This document shows, one piece after another, positions 26,017-39,300 of a DNA stretch of 64,000 nucleotides. Both the position numbers and the translations under genes were made by a program. The notes under the pieces were generated by a model. That model saw nothing but the letters and a program-made list of their open reading frames with translations, ran no database searches and was not told the origin of the DNA. The stretch lies in NCBI GenBank assembly GCA_017449075.1, contig JAFSKG010000044.1, forward strand, positions 4,339 to 68,338. Direction: 5' to 3'. This DNA comes from Lachnospiraceae bacterium. Its GTDB lineage: Bacteria; Bacillota; Clostridia; Lachnospirales; Lachnospiraceae. Every line of letters starts with the position of its first letter. Positions within the stretch are counted from its first letter, which is position 1.

Positions 26017-29000
26017 ATGTACAGATTAGGTATAGATATCGGCAGTACAACAGTCAAAGTTGTCATTACCGATGATAGAAATCAAATATTATATGGTGAA
26101 TACCAAAGGCACCTTGCCAACATTCAAAACTGTCTTGCAGGGCTTCTTAAAAATGCTCAGGAAAAACTCGGCGACATAGATGTCAATACTTGCATCACAG
26201 GCTCTGGTGGCCTTTCACTTTCAAATGCACTCGGAGTCAACTTCACTCAGGAAGTTATAGCCGTCTCTACATCACTTAAGACATTAAATGGCAAATGTGA
26301 TGTAGCTGTTGAGCTTGGCGGAGAAGATGCAAAGATTATTTATTTTGATGGTTCATCAGTTGACCAAAGAATGAATGGCATATGTGCAGGTGGCACTGGT
26401 TCATTTATAGATCAGATGGCTTCGCTCTTAAAAACTGATTCAGAAGGATTAAATGAATATGCCAAAAATTATAAAATGCTCTATCCTATAGCAGCACGAT
26501 GCGGTGTATTTGCTAAATCTGATATTCAGCCTCTGATAAATGAAGGTGCAACCAAGGAAGATCTCGCTGCATCAATTTTCCAAGCTGTAGTAAATCAAAC
26601 TATATCTGGACTTGCTTGTGGTAAACCTATAAAGGGTCATGTAGCATTTCTTGGCGGACCACTTCACTATCTTTCTGAACTTAGAAATGCATTTATAAGA
26701 ACTCTAAAACTAACTGATGAGACAATTATAAATCCAGACAACTCACATCTCTATGCAGCGATTGGATGTTGTCTTTGTGATTTGAAAGAAGAAACTGTTT
26801 TATCACTCTCTGATTTGATTGCAAAACTTGAAGCAGGAATCAAATTAAATACTGAGATAAAAAGACTTGATCCACTATTTAATGACGATAAAGAATACGA
26901 AGATTTTAAATATAGACATTCACTTGCTACAGTTGGCAAGATGGACATAAAAGATTATGAAGGCGAATGTTTCCTTGGAATAGATGCTGGTTCTACTACT
27001 ACTAAATTTGCTCTCATATCAAAAGATGGAAAACTTCTTCATAGTTTCTATGACAACAACAATGGCTCTACTATAGATACAGCAAAAAGAGCAATTAAAA
27101 ATTTAAAAGACCTACTTCCTAAAAACTGCAAAATTGCCGCAAGCTGTTCTACTGGTTATGGAGAACAACTTTTAAAATCTGCATTTTGTCTTGACTATGG
27201 CGAAGTAGAAACTATAGCTCACTACTATGGTGCTACATTCTTCAATCCAAATGTTGATGCCATACTAGACATCGGTGGTCAAGATATGAAGTACATAAAA
27301 ATCAAAGATGGCTATGTGGACAATGTTTTATTAAATGAAGCTTGTTCATCAGGCTGTGGTTCTTTTATAGAGACATTTGCTAAAAGCCTTGGATATCAAG
27401 TTAAGGAGTTTGCAAAAGTAGCATTATTTTCAAAAACTCCTATAGACCTCGGAACAAGATGTACTGTATTTATGAACTCAAATGTAAAACAGGCTCAAAA
27501 AGAAGGTGCTACAGTTTCAGACATAAGCGCTGGTCTATCATATTCAGTTATAAAAAATGCATTATATAAAGTTATAAAAATCACTGACCCACAACTTCTT
27601 GGCGACAACATAGTTGTGCAAGGTGGCACATTCTACAACGACTCAGTTCTTCGCGCACTTGAAAAGATAACTGGTAGAACAGTAGTTCGTCCAGACATCG
27701 CCGGTATCATGGGTGCCTTTGGTGCAGCACTTATAGCAAAAGAAAGATACTATCTCACACTTGAGAAAGAAGGAAAGTTCACTTCTTCTATGCTTTCACT
27801 TGATGAGATTATAAATCTTGACTATAAGACCACTATTGCAAGGTGTGGCAAATGTCTAAACAACTGCGTACTCACTGTCAATGCATTTGCTGATAGCGAG
27901 GGCAAATTTACAAGGCGATTTGTATCAGGAAATAGGTGCGAAAGAGGACTAGGTCTTGAGAAAAAAGAAAATAAGGTTCCAAATCTATTTGAATATAAAG
28001 CCAATAGAATGTTTGACTACGAGCCACTACCAATTGACAAGGCTCCTCGTGGAATAATCGGCATACCAAGAGTTTTAAACATGTATGAAAACTTCCCATT
28101 CTGGGCAGTCTTCTTTAAAGAACTAGGTTACTCAGTTTTACTCTCTCCTATCTCTAGTAGAAAAATTTATGAGATGGGTATAGAGTCTATACCATCAGAA
28201 TCAGAATGTTATCCTGCAAAACTTGTTCACGGACATATAGAGTGGCTTATAGAAAATGGAGCTAACTTTATTTTCATGCCTTGCGTTCCTTTTGAGAGAA
28301 AGGAAATTGAAGGCGCACAAAATCACTACAACTGTCCAATGGTTACATCTTATGCAGAGAATATAAAAAATAATGTTGAAAATTTACATTTAAAGAAAAT
28401 AAAGTTTTATAATCCATTCTTGCCTTTCACTGACAAAGATTCGCTGACAGGTTCGCTCGAAAAAGCAATTAAAAATCTAAACTATTTCCCTGACGACATA
28501 AAAATTTCTGACATAGACCATGCTTGTGATGTCGCGTGGGATGAATTAGAGAAATCAAGAAATGACTTAAGAGTTAAAGGCGAAGAAACTATTAAATGGA
28601 TAAAAGAAAATAAAGGACATGGCATAATCTTAGCCGGTCGTCCTTATCATGTTGATAGTGAAGTTCACCACGGAATACCAGATTTAATTCAGAACTATGG
28701 TTATGCAGTTCTCACAGAGGACTCAGTGTCGCACCTCGGCCAGATAGAAAGACCTACTATAGTTACTGACCAATGGATGTATCATAGTCGACTTTATGCC
28801 TGCGCAAATCTTGTAAAGGGTAGAGATGACTTAGACTTAATTCAGCTCAATTCATTTGGCTGTGGTCTTGATGCAGTAACAACCGACCAAGTTGCAGATA
28901 TACTTTCTGGATCTTCAAAAATTTACACTCTTTTAAAAATCGACGAGGTAAATAACATAGGTGCTGCCCGTATCCGCATTCGCTCTCTTATCTCAGCAAT

Positions 29001-30294
29001 AAATATAAGAAAAGATAAGACAAGAGTTATAATGCCATCAAATTACAATCGTGTAATATTTACTGAAGAAATGAGAAAGACTCATACTATCTTAGCTCCG
29101 AATATGAGTCCTATTCATTTTGATTTGTTGGAGCCTGCAGTCAACTCTTGTGGATATAAAATTAAAATTTTACAAAATAACAATAGAAATGTTATAGATA
29201 TGGGTCTTAAATTTGTTAATAATGATGCCTGCTACCCATCTCTAATTGTTGTCGGTCAAATAATGGATGAGCTCATCAATAATAAATCACTCGACTTAAA
29301 TCACATTGCAATTATGATGACCCAAACAGGTGGAGGCTGTCGTGCGTCAAATTATGTAGGATTCATTCGCCGTGCACTTAGAAAAGCTCACATGGAACAG
29401 ATTCCAGTTGTTTCTATAAACTACAATGGAATGGAAAAAAATCCTGGCCTCACTTACAATCTCTCAATGATTATGAAAATATGCTATGCTATAATATTTG
29501 GCGATATCTTCATGAGAGTTGTATATGCAACAAGACCTTATGAAAAAAATCCTGGTGAAACAAATAAACTACATAGTGAATGGAAAAAGAAGTGCACTGA
29601 GTTTTTAACCAAAAAGAAAGTTTCATTCTTTACATTCCAAAAAATGTGTAGAGATATTGTAAAAGATTTTGATAATATAGAAAGACTTAATATTAAAAAA
29701 CCAAGAGTTGGCATCGTCGGAGAAATCTTGGTTAAGTTCTCAAGTCTCGCAAATAACAATATAGTTGAACTTCTTGAAAAAGAAGGCGCTGAGGCAGTTA
29801 TGCCAGACCTTATGGACTTCATGCTCTACTCTCTCTACAATGCGAATTTTAAATCAAAATATCTTGGATTTGAGGCCGCATCAAAAATCTTATCAAATAT
29901 AGGTATATCGTTTATAGAGTTTATTAGAAATGCCGCAAGAAAAGCACTTAGAAATTCAAAACACTTTAGTGAGCAGGCTCACATAAGAAATCTTGCTCAT
30001 ATGGCAAAAAAATATGTATCAATCGGAAATCAAACTGGAGAAGGTTGGTTCCTAACCGGAGAAATGCTTGAACTAATAGAAACTGGTGTGCCAAATATTG
30101 TTTGCACTCAGCCATTCGGCTGCCTACCTAATCACATAGTTGGAAAAGGTGTTATAAAAGAACTCAAAAAAGATTTTAAAGATGCAAATATCGTGGCAAT
30201 TGATTATGACCCTGGGGCATCAGAAGTAAATCAGTTAAATAGAATTAAATTAATGCTCTCTACTGCATTTACCAACTTAAAAGAAAAACCATAG
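26017..30294 (+). CDS. Fusion protein: two BcrAD/BadFG-type (HgdC-like) activase ATPase domains plus DUF2229 and a 2-hydroxyacyl-CoA-dehydratase (HgdAB)-like C-terminal module
   Basis: 1425 aa. Two GIDxGSTTxK starts (residues 5 and ~322). Each ATPase half keeps the paired Cys positions (ICAGGTGSF/ARCGVF and ACSSGCGSF/TRCTVF). The C-terminal part carries conserved Cys motifs: CGKCLNNC, ECYPAKL, FGCGLD, DACYPS, GGGCRASNY and PFGCLPNH. Confidence 0.85.
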   Translation: MYRLGIDIGSTTVKVVITDDRNQILYGEYQRHLANIQNCLAGLLKNAQEKLGDIDVNTCITGSGGLSLSNALGVNFTQEVIAVSTSLKTLNGKCDVAVELGGEDAKIIYFDGSSVDQRMNGICAGGTGSFIDQMASLLKTDSEGLNEYAKNYKMLYPIAARCGVFAKSDIQPLINEGATKEDLAASIFQAVVNQTISGLACGKPIKGHVAFLGGPLHYLSELRNAFIRTLKLTDETIINPDNSHLYAAIGCCLCDLKEETVLSLSDLIAKLEAGIKLNTEIKRLDPLFNDDKEYEDFKYRHSLATVGKMDIKDYEGECFLGIDAGSTTTKFALISKDGKLLHSFYDNNNGSTIDTAKRAIKNLKDLLPKNCKIAASCSTGYGEQLLKSAFCLDYGEVETIAHYYGATFFNPNVDAILDIGGQDMKYIKIKDGYVDNVLLNEACSSGCGSFIETFAKSLGYQVKEFAKVALFSKTPIDLGTRCTVFMNSNVKQAQKEGATVSDISAGLSYSVIKNALYKVIKITDPQLLGDNIVVQGGTFYNDSVLRALEKITGRTVVRPDIAGIMGAFGAALIAKERYYLTLEKEGKFTSSMLSLDEIINLDYKTTIARCGKCLNNCVLTVNAFADSEGKFTRRFVSGNRCERGLGLEKKENKVPNLFEYKANRMFDYEPLPIDKAPRGIIGIPRVLNMYENFPFWAVFFKELGYSVLLSPISSRKIYEMGIESIPSESECYPAKLVHGHIEWLIENGANFIFMPCVPFERKEIEGAQNHYNCPMVTSYAENIKNNVENLHLKKIKFYNPFLPFTDKDSLTGSLEKAIKNLNYFPDDIKISDIDHACDVAWDELEKSRNDLRVKGEETIKWIKENKGHGIILAGRPYHVDSEVHHGIPDLIQNYGYAVLTEDSVSHLGQIERPTIVTDQWMYHSRLYACANLVKGRDDLDLIQLNSFGCGLDAVTTDQVADILSGSSKIYTLLKIDEVNNIGAARIRIRSLISAINIRKDKTRVIMPSNYNRVIFTEEMRKTHTILAPNMSPIHFDLLEPAVNSCGYKIKILQNNNRNVIDMGLKFVNNDACYPSLIVVGQIMDELINNKSLDLNHIAIMMTQTGGGCRASNYVGFIRRALRKAHMEQIPVVSINYNGMEKNPGLTYNLSMIMKICYAIIFGDIFMRVVYATRPYEKNPGETNKLHSEWKKKCTEFLTKKKVSFFTFQKMCRDIVKDFDNIERLNIKKPRVGIVGEILVKFSSLANNNIVELLEKEGAEAVMPDLMDFMLYSLYNANFKSKYLGFEAASKILSNIGISFIEFIRNAARKALRNSKHFSEQAHIRNLAHMAKKYVSIGNQTGEGWFLTGEMLELIETGVPNIVCTQPFGCLPNHIVGKGVIKELKKDFKDANIVAIDYDPGASEVNQLNRIKLMLSTAFTNLKEKP

Positions 30295-30341
30295 GGAATG
30301 ACATTCTGTCACCCCATATAGTGACGAAACTTTGATTTCAC

Positions 30342-30374
30342 AAAAAAAACTTTGGCATAAGCCAAAGTTTTTTT
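30342..30374. terminator. Bidirectional rho-independent terminator between convergent genes
   Basis: AAAAAAAACTTTGGC-ATAA-GCCAAAGTTTTTTT, a perfect stem flanked by A8 and T8 tracts. Confidence 0.85.
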
Positions 30375-30393
30375 ATATCATTTTTTTGTCAAA

Positions 30394-33300
30394 TTATTGA
30401 TTTAAATTTATCCATTTACCATCGGCACCTACAAAATATCCATCAGGAGTCATAGTATTTATATACATTTCTCCATCTATTCCAAAGTAATACCAATCGC
30501 CTAAGATTTGTTTCCAACCAGTTGCCATCGTGCCTTCTCTTACCGTCATAGAATTATCAAAGAAATATATTTTACTATCTATAGTATGTATCCATCCCTT
30601 ATACATATTTCCAGCTGCATCAAAATAGTATGTACTTCTAGCAACATTTCCTGTTATTGGATTATTTGCACCTTCAACAATTCTCTGTATTACATAAAAA
30701 CCATCCAGAGCTGTAGTTTTACCCCAGACGCCTGTACCTTCTAATTGCCACTTGTCATTTCTTGGATTGTAATTCCAAGTACATGTGTCCGCATTCAAGA
30801 AATCTTTTACTGATTTTATAGTAAGCAAATTGATTGTAGTCAGTGGCTGATTGATGAGTGGACCGGTTCCACTGCCTCCTCCACTACTTCCTCCACTACC
30901 AGATGGATTATATGGTCCAGGAGTTGGTCTTGGTGGGGTTGGTGGCGTTGGTGGAACTGGTTCTGGCGGTACTGGTTTTGGTTTAGGAGTTCCATAAATA
31001 AAGTATCCTGGTAAACTTTCAGCATCCAATCTAGCGTATGTACTATCATATACATGACTTGGATCAATCTCAGATATACTTGCAAGGGTTGTCCCATACT
31101 GTCCTGTTAGACTATTACATCCACTAAACATAGAACTGTCACTTGTAACTGATGTAGTTACAAATGCATCAGTTGTATATATGCGCTTAAGATTAGTACA
31201 ATTAGCAAACATATTTCTCATGTTTGATGCACTTGCAGTATTAAACCATGTTAGTATAACTTCCTCTAATCCACTACAGCCATTAAACATATAACTTAAG
31301 TCAGTAGCATTAGTTGTATCTACTTTAGCCACATTTACTGTAGCAAGTCTTACACAACCATCAAACATATGTGACATATTATTAGTTGATATAGTAGATA
31401 CATTTTCAAAATTAGTAATTGTTTCAAGATTTGTAAATCCACTAAATAAACCAGAAGCATCTTTTGCAGTACATATGTCTATATCTTTAGGTGCACTTAT
31501 ATATGCCTTATTGCCTACTCTATAACCCTTTAATCCTCTTGAATTAGGAATATCCCACTCTGCATCAACAGTTAAAGGTGTAGCATCACCATATTTAAGT
31601 ATTTTAATTTCTTCAATATTAGATTTTGCATATGTATCTTGATACCAGTTGCCATCAAGTAAATAAGATTTATAAGTAAAATATCCTGGTCTTTCACTTC
31701 TTGGACCCCAATCTATATAAGCATAATTTACTCCCTTTGCATTACTTGGGTCTTCTAATATTTTATCAGCATACCTTGTTCCATTTCCACCTACTAAGCT
31801 AGTACAGTCATTAAACATATCATTGTTATATTGAATATTTGATACACCAAAATCTTTTGACATATAAATAGTTTTAAGTTTATAGCATCTATTAAACATC
31901 AAATGCAAAATAGATACCTTTGTACTTTTAAGCATAGAAAAATCTATTTCTTCTATTTCTTGGCAATCTTGGAACATTTCATAACCTTGCCATAAATTTT
32001 CAAAACTAAAACTTTCAGGGAATAATATTTTTTTAGTTTTTCTTCTATCTTCAAACATGCAGTATGCATTAACAAGAGAATTGCTCCATTTAGTTTTGCT
32101 TAAGTCAATAGCATCATTTGTCACATCATCAATTCGAGGACAAAACATATAATCTGCATATCTTACTGAAGAAAAATCAGCTCCATCAAAATTCCACCCT
32201 CTTAAATCATCACAGCAAAACATACGCTCAGCATTTCTTAACCTATGCCAGTTAAATCTTCCGATATTAACAGGACCTCCTTTCCAATGCTCAAACATCC
32301 ATCTAGCCAATAAAGTTAGTCTTGTATCAAGATATTCAAGCCCATTAAACTCAACAAGTTTCGGTGCTTGAATTCCAAACAGATGGTCGCAACTTTGACG
32401 CGTATATATAGGTCTACGCTTTTTTGCATATATAACTAGCTCGGTGTTGTTAATTCGATATGTGACAAGACCGTTCATATCTTCTCTCACACCCACCTTA
32501 TCATAAGTTGTAGGTATATCATTTTCATCATAAGTCAATGTAATTTTTGTAATTTCTCTACAATCAAGATTTACAAATGCTGCCCAATTTTTTATGTCAC
32601 CAGAATATGCATAATTGTAATTGGCTAAATAACCATGATTAACTCCTTCAACCTCAGTAACAATTACATATGCATCCTCTATTACTGCCATAGACTTATC
32701 AGTTTTTGTAGGATCGAAACCAGTAATATCATCTCTATTAATATTTCTACCAAATATACTTACACAGTTACCAAACATATTAGTAGACTCTATTACATTA
32801 GTTACATCAAATGAATCAGATGCTTTTATAGTTCTAAGTGTAGAACAATTATTAAACATATAACTCATGTCTGAAACTGATGCTGTTTCAAAGTACCTAA
32901 CATCAAGCTCTTTAATTTTATTTGCATCTTCAAACATATGTGACATATTTGTTGCTTTAGATGTATCTAATAAATCCAAGTTTACTATTTCTACAAGTGA
33001 AGTAAATTTTCTTTCAGGTGTAGTTCCACTAAATAAGTAAGATGAGTCCTCAGGTATATAGATAGGCACATCTCTTGTTGTATGCACGTCAATTATCTTA
33101 TCACTTCCATTAAGATAATAATAAACTTTAAGACCACCACTATTTGGAAGCTTTGTTACATTTATAGGATTTGAAGAAATTGACATATCAGGAGTTGAGA
33201 AAATTATCTTTTTAACTTCTGAAGGGTTGACACCTATTCCATCATACCAATTAACATCAAGGAAATATTTATCTTCTGTAAAATATCCCGGTGTTCCATC

Positions 33301-36300
33301 TTTATCAATTCGTGCATAACTACCGTCTCTATGTGAACCTGTATAACTTGTACCATTTCCGCCTTTAAGATTAGTTGCATTATTAAACATATTGTTACTT
33401 GCGGCAGTGCCACTTACTTCAAAATGTTTTGTAGCATATATAGTAGTAAATGTCACATTTTCAAACATTGATGAAAAATCAGTAACTGCAGAGGTTTTGA
33501 AACTACCTACAGATAATTCATTTCCACCTGTATATATGCCTTTAAACATGCCGTTCATATTAGTTACTTTACTCGTATCAAAATTATCAATATTAAATAT
33601 AAAGTCACTTATACGAGATTCACTAAACATATAACTCATGTCTGTTACATTTGATGTATTAATTGTCTCAAGTCCTGATAAATCAATATAATTAGTGCCT
33701 GCTAGACCACTTCCAATTTTACTAAACATATAACTCATGTCAGTAATCTTTGAAGTGTCAAAAGATCTAATATCAAGTGCAGCTAAACTTCTCATACCAT
33801 AGAATAACATATCCAATTTTTCGACTTTGTCTATATTAAGACTTGACACATCAAGATTTGTCATTGACTTTGCACCAGCAAACATTCCTGAAATTGAAGT
33901 TACTTTACTTGTATCAAGTAAATGAATATTTTCTACATTGGTTAAATTAGTCATACCACCAGAGAAACTTATACTCTTAACATAAGCATCAGAATCACTG
34001 AATAAGGCTGTACTATCTTTATATGCATATATTGTTTTATTTATGACTTTATATATTTCCACAGTATCATCAAGTCTGCAAGCTCTTAATCCAAACGAAT
34101 TTGGAAGTACTGTATCATAGTCACAAATACTCATAGTAGCTTCTCCATATGGTACAAACTTTATAGAACCTATACCAGAAGCAGGATAATTATCTGTATC
34201 ATTTAAATATTTATACCATCCTGGTCTTAAAATATAATTACCATCTGATAAAAGTCCCATTTTATTTATATCATCATTTCCTCTATCAATTCGTGCATAC
34301 TTTGAAGTATTACTTTCTGCTTCAGATGAGCTTGCTGCTATAGCTTCTTTAGTTGTTCCTTCTTCACCTATAAGACTCGTACAAGCAGTAAATACTTCAA
34401 CGCTTGTACTATCTATTAATTTCCAAGTATCTGATACATACACTTTTTCAAGTGCTTCACAATATGCAAATAAACCTTTATAACTAGTTATATTCTTTGT
34501 ATCATATGTTGATAAATCTAATCTTTCAATTTCTTTACAGCCATAGAATAGATACTCCATCGCAGTTCCAGTGAGTGATGAAATATCAAAATTTATAGCA
34601 TCAATAGTGTCTATATTATATGCATTTGCAAATAGAGCTTTTATATTTGTTACATTTGAATTAACAAAATTTTCACTATGGGTTATGCTTCTAAAACCTA
34701 CATTATTAAACATTCCCATCATATTTGTAGCACTACTTGTATCAAAATTAGTTATGTCTAAATCAACACTTTCATTATGTCCTTGAAGTTCAGCTGTTAT
34801 AGGTGTAGGATTAACTGTGTCAGTAATTGCGATAGGACCACTTCCAAACATATTTGAAAAATCAGATACTCTACTCGTCTCAAATGTTTCAAAAGAAATA
34901 TTAGGTTTAAACTCTACATATTTAAATGCAGAAGCAAAATTTAAAACCTTACTTGTATCAAACATATCTATGTTTTCAAACTCAACACCACCTACATTCC
35001 ACCCAAAACCTTTTTTGTAGCTAGAATTATAGAAGTTTGCAAATAAATTTTGGGAATTTTGAGATGCATAAATAGTCCTTGCTTCAGGAGCATATATTGT
35101 AACTATATTACCATCCCTAAGTCCTATAAGACCATTACTACCATCTATTTGCCACCAATCATCATGTAATGTATGAGTAGGATCTACAGCACTTGCTGAA
35201 GCAAATACAATTTTACTTATATTCTCAGGAGAATATGCTGCCCCTTCTGTACCACATTGATTATACCAATTAGATTTAAGTCTATAATTTTTATCTGATA
35301 AATATCCATGGTGCCCTTCAAAATTTTCTTCTATGATTGCAATAGTCTTGTCTTTTGGATTTGAATTATTGTAACGAGAATAAGTTCCTGTACCCTCTAT
35401 GTCATCAATATCTCTTCCAATAAGACTTGCACAACCATCAAACATATTTTCGCTACTTGTGACATTTGATAGGTCAAAGTTATCATTTACATATATGGCT
35501 GTAAGACCATAGCATCCACTAAACATGTAACTAGTGTTTGTCAAATTATGTGTGTCAAAACCTGTCAAATCAATATTATTTAATCTATATGCACCACTAA
35601 ACATGTAACTCATATTAGTTACATTACTTGTATCTATGCCACTAAAACTTAAGTATCTAAAACCTGCATTACTAAACAAATGACTCATATCTGTTACTTT
35701 ACTTGTATTAAGGCCCCTTATATCAAGTTCTGTAATATTATATCCTCCACCTGGGAATACACCACTAAACATATAACTCATATCTGTTACATTTCTTGTA
35801 TCAAGTCCTCTTAAATCAATACTTATAGAACCAGATGTACCATTAAATGCTCCACAGAACATATGACTCATGTTAGTTACATTTGAGAAATTAGCACCGG
35901 TGAAAGTGAGATTTGTAAGTGATGATGCTCCATTAAACATGTAACTCATATTAGTGACATTTCTTATATCAATATCATTCATATTAAAGCTAGTAAGAGA
36001 TGAAGCTCCATCAAACATATGGGATGTATCAAGTAATCTACTTGAATCTAAAACATTTAACCCTGTTACACTTGTAAGAGAAGAATACCCGCTAAATACA
36101 TACGCTGCACTTGTTCCAAGTGTCATAGCTTTATCATCATTTGGTCTAAATATGGTTATTGCAGTTCCATTAACACTGCCTTTAAGACCATTTGAATAAG
36201 GTATATCGTAAAGATTGCTAGCCCCCGGATTATAATCATATATAGTCACACTTGTAATTTGATTTTGATTAAGTCCTGATCCAATGTGCCATCCCTTAGT

Positions 36301-39300
36301 TAATCTATAAACTGGTCTTGAGAAATATCCTAGTTCAGAAGGACCATTAAATTTATCTTTTTTAGCATAACGCTTACCTTGTTCACCACGTGCAGTATAT
36401 GTTGTTCCTTGATCACCAGAAAGGTTAGGGCAATTAGAAAATACTATAGGATCATCATAACCACCTTGAGCCATATTAAAATTATAATCACAATATATAG
36501 TTGTAAGTCTTGGAAGATTATTAAACATACGCTCTATATTTGAATTATAAGCATAGAAATTAGTAATGTCTATAACTTCAAGGTTATCTAAACCATCAAA
36601 CATTTTATAAGCATTCTTAATAGTTAAATAATCATTTCCATCTTTAAAAGTTGATAAATCAATGTAGGTTATGGTATCCATATCAGTAAACATACCTTCA
36701 AAAGAAGGAGCTTGTGATACTACAAATCTACTTAAATCTATGTTTTCTAAGTTCGTCATAGATTTAAACATATAAGACATGTCCATAACCTTACTTGTAT
36801 CAAACATGCTTAAATCGATTTCCGCAAGTGCTGATACGCCATCAAACATATGTGACATATTAGTTACATTTGAAGTATTGAGATTCTTTAAGTTTAAGCT
36901 AGTTAAACTACTAGTATTAGCAAACATATATGACATGTTAGATACAGCACTAGTATTGAATGCACTTAAATCGAGATTGCTTAATGCACTAGTTCCATAG
37001 AACATGTATGACATGGTAGATACACGAGTAGTATCAAACTTACTCAAATTTACACTTGTAAGTTGACTAGCATTGTAAAATAAACCTGTCATATTAGTTG
37101 TTCGTTTTGTAAGCACTATATCCAATGAACCAAACTCAGTAAGTGAAGTAGCATCTTTAAATACATTAGTAGCATCATTTGTTAAGTATATTGATCTTCT
37201 ATTATTTCTAGCATAGACTATGAGTTCTGTTCCATTTATATATCCTTCTAATCCATTTCCATCTTTTATAAAATATGTATTGTCATAAGAACTAGGTGCA
37301 TTTCCACCTTTTATAAAAGTTATTTTAGTTACATTTGATCTATCAATTATTACACTATCATTTATATCTTTATTCCAATCTTTACCTACATTATAATTAG
37401 CATCCGTAAGATATCCATGCTTATCTTCATAGTTTTCTTCTAACTTTGCGCAAGTTATATCTTTTGGATTTGATTCACTGTAGCGAGAATAAGTGCCAGC
37501 TCCTTCATTGCCACTTGAATCTTTTCCCACAAGACTTGTACATCCCTCAAACATATTTTCGCAACGATTTCCTACTTCGTCTAAAGTGAAAATATCAGAT
37601 GCCTTTATAGTAGTAAGACTACTACAATTAGCAAACATATATCTTGTATTTCTTAAAGTTTCAGTAAAGAAATTTGATAAATCTATCTCTCTTAAATTAC
37701 TTGCACCATCAAACATATGATCTGCATCGTCTACTACAATAGCATTTAATGAAGTAAGATTCACAATTTTTTCTAAACTTGTAAACTGAAGCGCTGGATC
37801 AGGATTACTAAATAGATATCTGATATTTGTAGGTAGGTATAGTTCTAGATTATTACTTCTATGTATATAGACTTTAGTACCTACTCGATAGCCTACAAGC
37901 CCAAAACTTTTTGGCAACTCCCAAGTATAATCATAAGTTGTAGGTGCAGGAGCTCCTTGGTTTAAGAATTCTATTTCTGTAATATTTCGAACATCATAAT
38001 TACTTTGCGCTGGCTCATACCAACCTGGTCTAAAGAGTAGTCTATATTCAGTATAAAATCCAGGTCTTCCATTACGCCCATCTATACAAGCACTCCAAAA
38101 GTTAGTTTGACTTCCCCATGTAAGTCTTGTTCCTTGTCCGCCAATTATACTATGACAATTATTAAACATATCCCAACTACTCTGTGCAATAGCATCAAAT
38201 GTTTTATTCTTTATATAAATACTACTTAGATTAATACAATCTTCATACATAGAAGTAGTATAATATATATGATAATATAAATTTCCTAAGTCTAACTCTT
38301 TAAGTTGCCTACAATTTTTAAAAGCATAAGAACTAAGCCAAACCCAACCTGTGTTCCAAGAACCCGTACCATTTATTTCTTTTAAGTTTGTGCATCCTTC
38401 AAACATACCATATAAGCTTGTTATGTGGTCTGTAACAAATTTTGACACATCAATAGTTTCAAGACTTCTTAAACTTGCAAAAGCATATTTGAAAGTGGCA
38501 GCATGGCTTGTATCTAGATAAGTTAAGTTTTCAAAACTTGTAAGATTATAAAAATCTGCAAAGTATCCTTCTTCATTTCCGCCATTTAAACAAATAGGTT
38601 TATCCCTATCAGGATGGAAAGTAATAGTCTCGCCGTCATAGTATAAGGCAAGTCCATACGAATCTGGCAAAATATATCTTGTACCAGATGGTATAGGATC
38701 ATCATACCTATCAAATCTAATTGTTATAACATCATCTTTGTTGCCACCTGGAATAACATTAAACCAGTCGCCCTTTATTCTATAATTGTTATCAGTAAAA
38801 TATCCTTTGTTGTTATATTTTCTCTCAAGTGAACCACCATAGTCTATATCAAAAGCTATCTTACAAAAAGCTCTCTCTTTATCTATCTTGGTCGAGTCAT
38901 ATATAAATTCATCAAAACCACCATTCATCTCTTTTGATCTTAGTTTTAAACAATCATTAAACATGTTTTGAGAATCTGTTACATTATTTACATTGAAAAT
39001 GTCTGATGCATATATGTAAAGCAAGTCACTACATCCATTAAACATATATGATGTATTAGTTACATTTCTTGTGTCAAAATTTACTGCATTAATTTCAAGA
39101 ATTGAACTTGCACCATCAAACATATGTGACATATTAGTTGTCTCATTGGTATAAACTACATCAAGATTATTTATAGCTGCAAGACTTGTAAATTTATCAT
39201 CACCAGCATCACTAAAGAGATAAGATGCATCATCTGGCAAATATATATCTTTATCATCCGCCGCCCATATATAGATATTAGTTCCATTTTTAAAACCTTT

